From: Trichodelitschia bisporula
Lineage: Eukaryota
Reading direction: 5' to 3'
Assembly (NCBI GenBank): GCA_010356995.1
Contig: ML996687.1
Coordinates: 1,427,803-1,491,802, forward strand
DNA length: 64,000 nucleotides
Positions within the stretch are counted from its first letter, which is position 1; each line of letters begins with the position of its first letter. This document shows positions 48,911 through 59,628 of the stretch, in pieces. The notes beneath the pieces are model-generated. The model was not told where the DNA came from. It ran no database searches and worked only from the letters and a program-made list of their open reading frames with translations. A program made the translations under genes and the position numbers.

Positions 48911-49867
48911 TGTAGGTGATTTAGGGAGCGATTGCGCGCTCCGGGAGGTGACGGGAGGCTGCGAGGGGGGTTTCTGGGACATGCAGAGAAGGTGGCTGGT
49001 GGGGCTACCGAAACTCGCGACTAAGGGCGCGATGGGATACACCAGACGCTCACTTGGTCACAGTTGGCAACAATGTTGAGCAAAGAAGCGACAAGATTGA
49101 GGTGAAAGTCAAATAGGTAGTAAGAAGATGGCGAGAAAGGATGAAAGCAGGAAGACGGGGAGAATGTGGGAGGAGAGAGACGAAAGCGGCAGAGGTGGCG
49201 GGGTGATGGGGGGTTTTAACCTGCAAGGCCTTCGCTCCTGTGCCGTGTTTCCTGCAAGGCCGTGTCTGTTTACACCTGCGAGCTAGCTTTTCCTCTATCT
49301 GCAGGTGGAGATGATGCTGTAGTGGGAAGGGGATTGCCCTGGCATTAACCCCTCCTGCGTGAGCTGCTTTGCTGTTGCGCCCAGCTGGCTGAGAAGCATG
49401 GGGGAGGGGCAGGGGACCGGGAGAAAGGGCAGCCTATGACATATGCCAAGCAATGCCTGTACCTGGCAGCAGCTAGCGTACGTGGGGCAGTTGGCGCTGG
49501 CGGTGAGGGGTGAAGGGATGCAAAAGTCTTGTGGAAGATGGAAGAGGTGGAAAAGAGCGAAGCGGTGTATACAAAGCGGGAAGCTAGCAGAGGTCCAGAG
49601 CTAAAGTTTCATTACTGAAGGAGCTAGGAGCTAGGAGCTACAGCGCAGAGCTACAGCTGTAAACAGCACAGCTTCCCCGCACCGATCGCCATGCCCCTCC
49701 TCTATGTACTCTGCAGCTCTCGCCCCCGCTATCTACGCTTCAATTTCCCTGCCCAGACTCCACTTGCCAATGCACGGATAGTATGAAAGGGGGTATCGAT
49801 GTGACAATCTCCCGTAGCAAAGCAAGCGCACTCGACTCCTTCCTCCATCCATCCATGGATTCGCACT

Positions 49868-51185
49868 CTACGAGTCCTTGGGCTCAATCAATTCCGGAAT
49901 CTGCTCCGGCTTGACGTTGCCCTGCAGGATATTGTGCACAGCTGTGAAGAGCGGGAAGTCGTTCTCCATGCCACGCCCACGCAGCAGCAGATTGACCTCA
50001 ACAGCCGTCGACGTGCCCTGCAGCTTCTGCCCATTGAGCTCCAGGCGCTCAACCTCGTCAATCGACATGCAGCGCTCGATGCTCATCTTCGCACAGCGGA
50101 AGTTGCGCCCGCCCATGCAGCTCGTCACCACATCAGCTACACCGCAGCTCTCCTCCGTAAACGTCGACGTGTGCACCGTATCGCCGAAGAATGTCTTGCC
50201 GAACTTGACCATCTCCAGAATTCCAATTCGCATCACCGCCGACTTGGCATTATCACCCCATCCCAGACCGTCAACCCAGCCCGCCGCCAGCGCGATGATG
50301 TTTTTCAAAGCACCGCCGAGGGACACGCCCGCCACGTCCGACGTCATCTGCACGTGGAAGTAAGGCCGGTGGAACAGGTGGCGCACGTTCTCGTGGTTGA
50401 GAGGAGGGTAGTCGGCGGGGAGCGGAGTGAGGCGCGCAGAGCGCTTGCGCGGCTCACCGGACGGGTCGACGAGGTTGATGGTCGATGCCGACGGCGAGCC
50501 ACCATGCGGCGTGCCGATGGGGGTCGGGTGGCGCGAGTCCATGAGCGGCGGGTCGTAGGCAATGGTCGTCTCACACCACTTGCCCTGGGCGATCTCGCTC
50601 GCGATGTTGGCACCCGACAGCGCGCCGCAGTAGATCCCGAGCTTGCGGCCAATCTGCTCGCTCAGCAGGGTAACGCCGGACTCGTCGACCTCGATGCCCT
50701 TGATACACGAGATGCCGCGGGCGTAGGGGAGGATCTTGCCGTGCAGAGATTCGCAGATACGGTTGATGAACTGATGCGGCAGATTGAAGATGAGGATGGT
50801 GGAGTCCTTGACTGCGTCTGGAAGCGAAGGGTTGGCGACAACGTTGCTCGGCAGTGTGATGCCCGGCAGGTACTTGACGTTCTCGTGCAGTCTGTTGATG
50901 ATGAGGGAGAGAGGCTGCGGCGTTATGCACAGCTCCGAGCCGGCATCGAAGTGGCGGGATGTCTTCGGGATGGTCACTTGCTCCTCAAACACCCACATCT
51001 GCACCTCTTCTTCAAAGAGCTGTGGGTAGGCACGCGTGTTCTCGGCAATGACCTTGGAGATGGTAGAACCCCTTCAGCGGCGTTAGCAGCGGGCAGTGAC
51101 TGTTCGGGAATGGGAAGACAAACCAGTTGCCGGAGCCGACAATGGTGACCTTGTGACGCTTGACATGAACACCGAGCGAAGCCAT
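49868..51185 (-). CDS. GPD1: NAD-dependent glycerol-3-phosphate dehydrogenase
   Basis: [13 protein letters not shown] across intron 51124-51072 (AAG acceptor); [22 protein letters not shown]. An in-frame upstream ATG lies at 51308. Confidence 0.95.
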
Positions 51186-52090
51186 GGTGCGCGACTGTAT
51201 AAGATGAAGTTTGCGAGCTCGCGGAGGGAAGCGGAGTGTGGAGTAACGGGGAACAAACAGCGGGGAAGATGGGGAAGTGTAAAAAAAAGTGCGGGGAGCA
51301 ATTCTCATGTACTCGTGCGCGGGGGGAAAGGGGGAAGAGGGGAAGGATTGAGTAGGTAAGTAGATACGCTTTCTAACAAGTTTTTGAGAAGGCAAAAAAA
51401 CTGTTGAGAGTTCACGATAGTTGTTGGTCCTTGTGATGCCCGTACGCCGTTTGCCCTTGCTTTGTGCATGATGCGTCGTCACAAGCCACTGACGGTACTA
51501 AGCGGAAAACCGCGGGGAGCAGAGAAGAATCCTGCACCGCCACCGAGTTCCGAGGTCAGTATTCGTGGCAGTGCATAAGAGTCTGGACTCGTGACAACTG
51601 AGAAGGACTGATTGGCTTCACAGCACCAGTGTCGTTCAACGCTGGACGGACGACATATCGCGAGAGAGAAAGAGGTGAATTTTCCCATACGTCCGATGTC
51701 AAAGTATCTACCATTTCCTCATTGGGCCTTTCGAAAACCAATTGCTCGAACAGGACTCGCACGACCGATTTATAGTCCGCTTACTGATGCTCTCAACACC
51801 CGGAAAGCAACTCACACATCCCAGCAAGCTGCAGCTCTCCCTCCGTTCCCCCGCCATAACCCACATGAGCCCAAGACCCCGCCGAGCCCTCACCTAACCC
51901 CTCACCGATGCCGGGTCCACGAATTTTCAGCCCGCCACCCTGCCTACCACTCATCCCATCGCTGCTAATTGCCCGTTCACTCACCTCTCTCCCATCACCA
52001 ATTCGCCCACATCTCGTCCGTCGTCAATCTAGACCTCCTCATCCCCATCACCACCACCGCCCCCTCCACACCAACCTCACTCCCCCCACC

Positions 52091-53116
52091 ATGTCCGTCG
52101 AAGCCGCCAAACGCGCCGCCGCCCGCGCCGCCGTAGCTGCCCACTTCAGTCCCTCCTACACCTACGTCGGCATCGGTTCGGGAACAACAATAATCTACGT
52201 CGTCGACGCCATCAAAGACGCACTCGCCGCCTCCTCCCCGCGCGCCCGCCGCGCCAGCCTCGCAAAACCCACCTCCACCGCCCCCAGCATCAACCACCCG
52301 CACCTCTCCTCCAGCCCGAGCACCAGTGCCGTAGTCGCCGACTCCGAGCACGACCTGCCGCCACACCACACGATCCACTTCGTGCCCACGGGGTACCAGT
52401 CCCGACAGGTTATTCTAAAGGCGGGCCTGACGCCGACGCTGTTCGATCACCTCCCTGATGCTGTGGTGTTGGATGTGGCGTTTGATGGCGCAGATGAGGT
52501 GGATGAGGAGTTGAACTGCATTAAGGGCGGGGGTGCGTGTCTCTTCCAGGAGAAGCTCGTGGCCGAGCGGGCACGGCGCTTCGTGTGTGTCGCTGGTGCG
52601 TTCCTTCCTCACCCTTTCCCCCGTGCCTTCCTTACCAGCCCTAACCCCGCATCAGACTACCGCAAGTCCCAACCCCGCCTCCTAACCTCCTGGCCCACAA
52701 TCCCCATCGAAGTCGCCCCCATCGCCGTCTCCCCCGTCCTGCGCTCCCTAAAAGCCCTCGGTTCCCCAGACCCCATCGTCCGCCCCGGCGCGCTCGACAA
52801 ATCGGGCCCCCTGAAAACAGACCAAGACTTCTTCATCATCGACGCGCCCTTCCCGACCCTCCTGACCACCAAGGACGTATCCGCGGGCGCCAAGGGTGAT
52901 GGCAGCGATGGGAAGTGGGAAGTCCAGGCGCTGAGCCGTGCGATCAAGGCGATCACGGGCGTGTTGGAGGTAGGCCTGTTTGCTGGGAGTGATGGGGATG
53001 AGATTGCGGCGAAGGGAGGGAAGGCAGGTGGACAGAAGCCCGTGGCCGTGTATTTTGGAATGGAGGATGGGAGTGTTGTAAAGCGGACGCAGGGGGGGGA
53101 TGAGAAGCTGGCATAG
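52091..53116 (+). CDS. RKI1: Ribose-5-phosphate isomerase A
   Basis: GIGSGTT, DGADEVD, KGGGACLFQEK, VLEVGLF; intron 52596-52655. An in-frame upstream ATG lies at 51908. Confidence 0.95.
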   Translation: MSVEAAKRAAARAAVAAHFSPSYTYVGIGSGTTIIYVVDAIKDALAASSPRARRASLAKPTSTAPSINHPHLSSSPSTSAVVADSEHDLPPHHTIHFVPTGYQSRQVILKAGLTPTLFDHLPDAVVLDVAFDGADEVDEELNCIKGGGACLFQEKLVAERARRFVCVAGAFLPHPFPRAFLTSPNPASDYRKSQPRLLTSWPTIPIEVAPIAVSPVLRSLKALGSPDPIVRPGALDKSGPLKTDQDFFIIDAPFPTLLTTKDVSAGAKGDGSDGKWEVQALSRAIKAITGVLEVGLFAGSDGDEIAAKGGKAGGQKPVAVYFGMEDGSVVKRTQGGDEKLA

Positions 53117-53588
53117 GTGTGGTTGTATACCCATGAGGTCGGTACGGTTGATAGACTAGAATGGAGTTTTGGGATGCGTGGACCCGCCGGGTGGCGCATG
53201 CGACGTGCCACCGTATCTCAATCCGATCGCGACAACCGCAGGCTGACACCTTCCCCATTGAACACAAGGCTCGCACCAGCCTCGCCAAGCGCGGCACCTC
53301 ATCCGAACCTACATTGGCATCAGCATCATTAAATTCGGTACGGCACTTCATCCAAACCAGCCTCGGTGTCAGCATCATTAATCCGCTTCATTACGCGCTT
53401 GCCTACAGATCCGACGCATCGCCTCCACCTTCAGCAACGTCGCAAACAATGCCCATCAACAATGTCCATGCACATAACCTTGTCCCGATCCCCGCATCTA
53501 AAACGCAGGAAAAGAAGCAGTCACCAGCATCCTGAACCCATCCGACCCTCGCTCATTAATCATCACCTCGGTCTCTCCCACTCCCCGT

Positions 53589-54216
53589 TTACAAGGCCAC
53601 ACCGAACAAACCCCCAAGCAGCACACACACACCCACAACACCCCACTCCTTGCCCACACGCATAACCGCCGCCGCACTCTTCGCCGACGCACTCGCACTA
53701 GGGCTGCTCGTGCCAGAGGACGAACCGGTAGCGCTCGAACCCGAAGCAGACGCCGACGACGTACCGGAGGGACCCTTAATCCCCGCGGTTGCGTTCTTGC
53801 GGCCGCACAGGAAGGACTGGCAGAAGGTCTGACCGGCGAGATCGTTGGGGTGGGCGGCGGTGCACTGCGCAACCCAGTTGTCGCACTCGAGGGAGGGGAG
53901 CGTTTGCGCGTAGTCGCTGATGTTGGGCGTGTTGCCGGTCAGACAGGTGCAGGTGAAGGTGAGCTTGGTCTGGAGGGGGAGATTAGTATTTGGGGGGATG
54001 GGATGGGGTGGGGGGACGTACCGAGTCGCAGGTGTTCTCCTTCGTCTGGCCGTTGCAAACCTCGGGGCAGGTGTTCGTCTGAGCGCGGCACCACGACGCG
54101 CGCGTAGGACCGTCAACGCTGTTCGGCTCGATGTTGCAGCAGGATGTGAAGTTTGACTGGGCGGTGGTGGCACCGATGAGGGCCGCGCAGCCGACGAGGA
54201 AGGTTGAGAAGCGCAT
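53589..54216 (-). CDS. Small Cys-rich secreted, GPI-anchored protein
   Basis: Signal peptide, about 12 Cys, Ser-rich stalk and GPI-like tail; intron 54021-53970. Confidence 0.88.
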
Positions 54217-56218
54217 TGTGAGTTGTGGTATGGATAACTGGTTGCGGGGGGTTAGGTTAGAAGGATTTGGGGGGTGTGGTTTTTTTTTGGGTTCGTGAGA
54301 GGTGAGGATTGGGGATTGGGAGGGGGCGTGGAGCTGTGGTGCGCGACGGCCCGTGATAAAGAGCTTCGTTGCGCCGCAGAGCTACCGTTGCTGCTGCAGC
54401 TTGTGCCGCCAAGCCGCGTACCCAGGAGGCGGGCGAGGCGCGGGATTGGATGGGGTGGGGGGCTGGGGAATGCAGATTGGCGGCTTACCTTGGTTTTTAG
54501 AGGCGGCTGGTGGTGTGGGATGCAGAAGCTTGGTTTTTTTGTACGCTTGCTTTGCAGGAGGCGGGGGAGTGAGGAGGTAGGGAAACGTTTGGCGGGGGAG
54601 AGTGAGATGCGGGTTTGGGTGGAGATGGGGGGTGGTGGGAGAGAAGAAGAAGAACAAGAAGAATCTCGCGAACCTCGGAGTGGGGGGGGGGGAATGCAGG
54701 AACTTTATGCCACTGAACAAAAGTGGCAGAAAGCGCAAAGCGAACCGCCCGCCGGTTATCCTTCACTAGCTCCGAGAATCAAAGGCAAGGCGCATTGACT
54801 CTGGCCAGCGGAAATTGGCCCTTGCTTTGCTTGCTTGAGTCGTTCTGGGAAGCGGAAAGCGGAAAGTTGAATTGGAAGTGGAAGTTGGAGATCCGAAGCA
54901 GCAAGCGATGCCCACCCAGCAGAACGATGCAGGTTGCGCCTCTTTTTTCCTCTTCCCTCCATTTGTTTGCCATTTCTCTCCTCCTCAACAACCAGCCCTT
55001 TCTGCTTCCGTGCATGCTTATCGGCGCTGAGGCCGCGTATTGCCCCGAGCTGGCTTGCGACACTAGTCCCGTTTGTGGATAATTGCCCGCCGGCGCAACA
55101 ACAGGATGGAGTCGTCTGATCTCACGATGTTGAGGGTGCCCAGCAATAATGCGGTTCTTGAGGCTTTACAGACGCGTTGACTACGACACTTGGCCTGCCT
55201 TGCATCGGAGCACATGCGTCTCGGCATTCTCTATCCGCGGACACCTCATACTCGTACCTTTTTGTCGCCGATGGAACTGAATTGCGTTTGCCCTCCATAA
55301 CTACCCCGTGAATGTTTAATTCCATCTCAACCACCACCAAGCTCCTGCAATCTGCTCATCCGCAAGACCTCTCCTCCTCATTGAACCTTCCCACCACTCC
55401 GTCAACCTCAGTCTCTCCCTCACTCCCCGAAATCCGGTGCACATTCAGCTGACTTCATCCCCATCGCCGCCGCCCCGCCGTTCGACGCGTCGCACTCGAT
55501 CTCGAACCCCACCCACTGACGCGAATCAAGCTTTCCCGCCAAGCCCCTATCATGCACCACCATGATAGGCGCCCATGCAATTGGTCCAGGAACGCCTACC
55601 GTCGCAGCGAATGACACCCGCCTCCGCTTAACGTTGTTAAACCGCCACAGTTTGAACTTCGTCAACCGTCGCGGGTGTTGCTGGAGCCACGTCCGCTGGA
55701 ACTGCTGTTGGCTCGGCGCAGGCAGCGTACGGATGTAGAAACCGGAGTTCCACCGCTTGTCCATGTCGAGCTCCGCGCGAACAGGATACCATTGTGGCGT
55801 CAATTTGCGATGACGGCAACCGCGCGAACGGCGTCGCTATCACTAGCCCATCTCTGCGAAATTTGTGGCGCAGACCACGACGCCGGGCGTGCGCCTGTTT
55901 GTGATGTCGGCAGCGTTGCTTTGGCAGCGGCCGATCGCCGCACGTGGCTGGGAATCAAAGCACACCGCCGCCCCGCTGCATGCCTTACCATCGGGCAAAG
56001 TTCGTCCTCGCGTCGACCCGAGTTTAGCGTCTGCCGCTTCCTTTTCCGGATGTCTCTGCTCTTTTGGTTCGGGAGTTTAGCGTCCACTTCCCGCTGTTAA
56101 CGCCCGGCCCGACGCGAGCCAATCTCCCCTCCTCCGACTTCTGCGCACCCGGTCTGCATACTGTACTTCCGTATGCATGTGGGTTACGAGTCTGCGGTTT
56201 TGGAGCATCAAGTGGACA

Positions 56219-56303
56219 GCCTGGGTAGCTCAATCGGTAGAGCGTGTGACTCTTACACCAAGGGATTATCTCAAGGTCGCGGGTTCGAGCCCCGCCTCGG
56301 GCT
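56219..56303 (+). tRNA. tRNA-Lys (CTT) with 12-nt intron (56256-56267)
   Basis: Cloverleaf: acceptor GCCTGGG/CTCGGGC, A-box TAGCTCAATCGG, anticodon CTT at 56252-56254, B-box GGTTCGAGCC. The intron sits at the canonical 37/38 position. Confidence 0.88.
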
Positions 56304-57263
56304 GGAGTTGTGTGCGGTTCTCTTGATGCCTGAAAGGTCCGTTAAGGGACCGCAGCGGGTGCATGCGTGTAGCATGTGAAGTAGAGCTTTACACGACTGT
56401 CTTTTTTTTGCAGTTTTGAGGCAATTGCAGGGGAGTCAGTGACGACTGGGGAAGTGAGAAAGTTGCTGATGGAGTCGAGGACGTACGCTTTAAGGATCTT
56501 TCTGTGGGCGAAGAGTGTTAAGTAGAGAATGTGCTCACGAATTTTGCAGATTTTGCTCCTTCCATTTTGACCTCTGAGTGACGTCAGTTCTGTCCCGCGG
56601 CCACGCATTTGAATTCTCACTTCGCCTCTCATGAATAAACTCAATGCCTCTACTTCTTGTTCATGAAGGGTAGGGGGGTACTGAGGTTGAACCGGCACGT
56701 CAGCCTACGCTTCGAGACGCTATATACCCACGATACACGCAGCCCATGGCGCCTACACTGCGTGAAGCTGGTAATCGCACCATCCATCCCGCTTGGTTTA
56801 TTTTGAGAAAAGTTTCTTCTCGTACGAGAGCTCGTCATCCGCACAGTTATCCGAGGTCTCCCAGTACTTAGGGCGAGCAGAGCCGACGAAGAATGGAGCA
56901 AAACACCGAGCATGATGTGAACTTAAGGAAGGGGCATTGGTGTCCCTGGAAGGAACTTTCTTACTGAGGAAGTGACATATGGCAAGACTGGAAGGAACGC
57001 TGGGTAAGCTCGGAAGGAGCATACGTAGCAAGCATGATAAGTAGACTTGACTACCCTGCCGCTCACCTTTTTTGTTCTTTGTCGTCGATTTTACTCTCAA
57101 TCATGCACTTGTTTTGCACACGAGCCGCAGTGACGCTTCCATGTGAGGATTTTATGACCAGCTGTCTCCAGCTGCAAATCAACCCTCACAGCGGGTCACT
57201 TCTTCCTCCTAGTCCTCATGTGGCATAGAAGCGGGATTCCCACGCCGTCTCGATCATCACGAC

Positions 57264-57507
57264 TGCCCGGGAAGTCGGGTAACCGTCTACTTTCACAGCT
57301 GAGTACTAAAGCGCTTTTAAAGCCGGACAACTGACCACTGCTAGAGATCGGGTAACCGAGACCATCCAGAAGCCGTCCTGCCGCATCGTCGGGAAACGGG
57401 ATGACCGAGCAGATACGGGGGCCGGGTAACCTAGTTCTTCCAGGATCGGGTAACTGAGTCCGTACGGAACCGGGTGATACGAACCCGTCCAAAGCCAGGC
57501 AACCAGC
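57264..57507 (-). repeat. Array 2: ten ~24-bp units of the same CTCGGTTACCCG family, inverted relative to array 1
   Basis: CGGGTAAC occurs at 57276, 57349, 57423 and 57447, with more degenerate units in 24-25 nt register. Confidence 0.85.
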
Positions 57508-57530
57508 CATCCCTCTTCGCCGCTCGCCCT

Positions 57531-59038
57531 CTACTTCTGAATCACATAAAACCCACCAACCTCGACCAACAACGCACTCACCGCCGCGAAACTCCCAAGC
57601 CACCCCACGAGCGGCCCAATCACCAGCCCCAACAAGCAATGCCGCACCACCGTTCCCCACGGCAGACCCGCATCATAATCCTGTACAAGCACCCCCCATG
57701 CCATTCCCGCGAGACTGAACCCGTTCTCAAGACACAGCATCAGCAACAGCCACCAGGGCAAGCGGCGCGGCCCACCCGAGGCCAGAAAATAGAGCCGTCT
57801 GTAGCCGTTAGCTCGCGGCGAGATAAAGGAGGGAGGAAGTACAAAAGTCCTTCAGCCAGTCCCCAAGCCCACGTCAGGATATACACCCGCGCGCACACCT
57901 CGCCCATGCTCCACAGCCCCGCCGCCCAGCGCCGACGCTGGCGCACGAAATCCGCTAGGCTGGTGGGAGGCTGCTCCCGCGCGATGGCGGGGATCCAGCC
58001 TAGCTTGTAGCCGCGCTTCTGGGCTTCAACACCAAACCAATAGTCCTCGGCCAAACAGCCGGTCTCCCACCCTATCTCGCACTCCGCCCCGCCCCGGACA
58101 AGCAACCAACTCCCATGCAAGCCCCACACGCTGCGCCCCGCCCATACGCATTGCCAACTGTACCGGCCCCAGTCCTCGCCTGCCCTGGCGCAGTCTGCTA
58201 CAGTCCATAGCGACGACGACCAGTGCGCGTACGCGTTGTATTGCAGCACACCCTGCGCCATGTCGACCTCACCCCGGGCCGCGACCGCGCGTGCCGCCGC
58301 CAGCGCGTGGGCGTCCAGTACCGTTTCTTCGTCGAGGTGTAGGATCCAGTCGTCCGCGCCGGGTCGGGTGACGGAGAGGAAGAAGGAAAGTGCACGGGCT
58401 TTGTGCTGCGCAACAGGGGGGAGGTAGGTGTCCGGGATGACGTGGAGGGTTATGTACGGGTGGGAGGTGAGCGCGTGGAAGCGCCCCGTTGTACCCGGTT
58501 CCGTCACGATGTGCAGTTCCGCGGGGAGGATGGATGATTGAGCTGCTGAGAGGGACGGGAGGAGCGCGGCGACGGAGCGGTGCACGGCACTGGCATTGCG
58601 CCCGCGCGTGACGAGGCAGAGGAGGAGGCGTGGGGGTGGTTCCGCTGGCTTCTCGGTCGGAGTACACTTTTCGGCCGGGCCGGACTTCGTGGCTAGAGGC
58701 TGCCCCGCGACCTCCAGGTTCAGCGGTAGGAGTAAGCAAGCACAGTTCACCCAGCCCAACCAGCGGGCGGGCACGATGGCGGCGAGCAGGAGGACGATAT
58801 CGAGGCGTGATGCTGGGATGGGCGTGCCGAGGTGCGGGAGGGCGTAGGTGAGCAGCGTGATGAGCGTGGCGAGGGTCAGGATGAAGGGTCGGAGGTAGCG
58901 TGCTGCGAGGTTGAGAGTGGCCTGCGTGTCGAAGGGTTTGCGGGGCGTGTCGTAGACGGTGCGGCAGAGCGTGGGCTTGCGTCTGCGGCGGGGGATGGTG
59001 AGGCCGGGGGCGGGGAGGTAGAGAATGGAGGTGAGCAT
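57531..59038 (-). CDS. GT2 glycosyltransferase, egghead/BRE-3 (beta-1,4-mannosyltransferase)-like
   Basis: KARAL, WILHLDEET, LAEDYWF, QRRRW. Intron 57842-57799 joins a TM C-terminus ending FYVIQK*. Confidence 0.85.
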
Positions 59039-59628
59039 TGTAATGGAGGGAGGGAACTGTGGGGGGAAAGCAGCGGAGCACGAAGGCTGCTGGGTCCCGA
59101 GTGGTGATACTTATTCGCTGGCGGTGCAGACTCGAGAGATGCATGTCTCGATACTGCATGTCTTATTTGGCGGCGGCGATCGCGGATCGGCAGAGGGGAG
59201 ATGGCTCCGAGACCGAGACTGCGGCCTGCATGTGTATTAGCAGAATGCATCCCGATAAGTCGCCGGGAATACATGGCCTCGATTGAAAGAGACAGTCGAG
59301 TGCAGAGTTGAGGTCGAAGCCTTGCGTCGGCGTAGTCCAGCCAGCCAAGGGGGCTAGCCTTGCGACGAAGTGCCCAGCAAAATCCATGGGAGGCATCCCC
59401 GGTCGGCATATCTGATCGCAGCCACCAATCACAGCATTCGCCCAGCATCACCACCAGATCCAAAGATCCAACATGCAGATCCATCACGCGCCGATCCTCA
59501 AGCGCCGATCCTCGATTCGATTCATCTACTTTTTTTTTACCGTCCAAAATCAGAGCACCCAGCATATAGCATATTCATACAACGAAGCTTACAAGGCATA
59601 CACAAGCAAACAAGCAACACATGCACCT

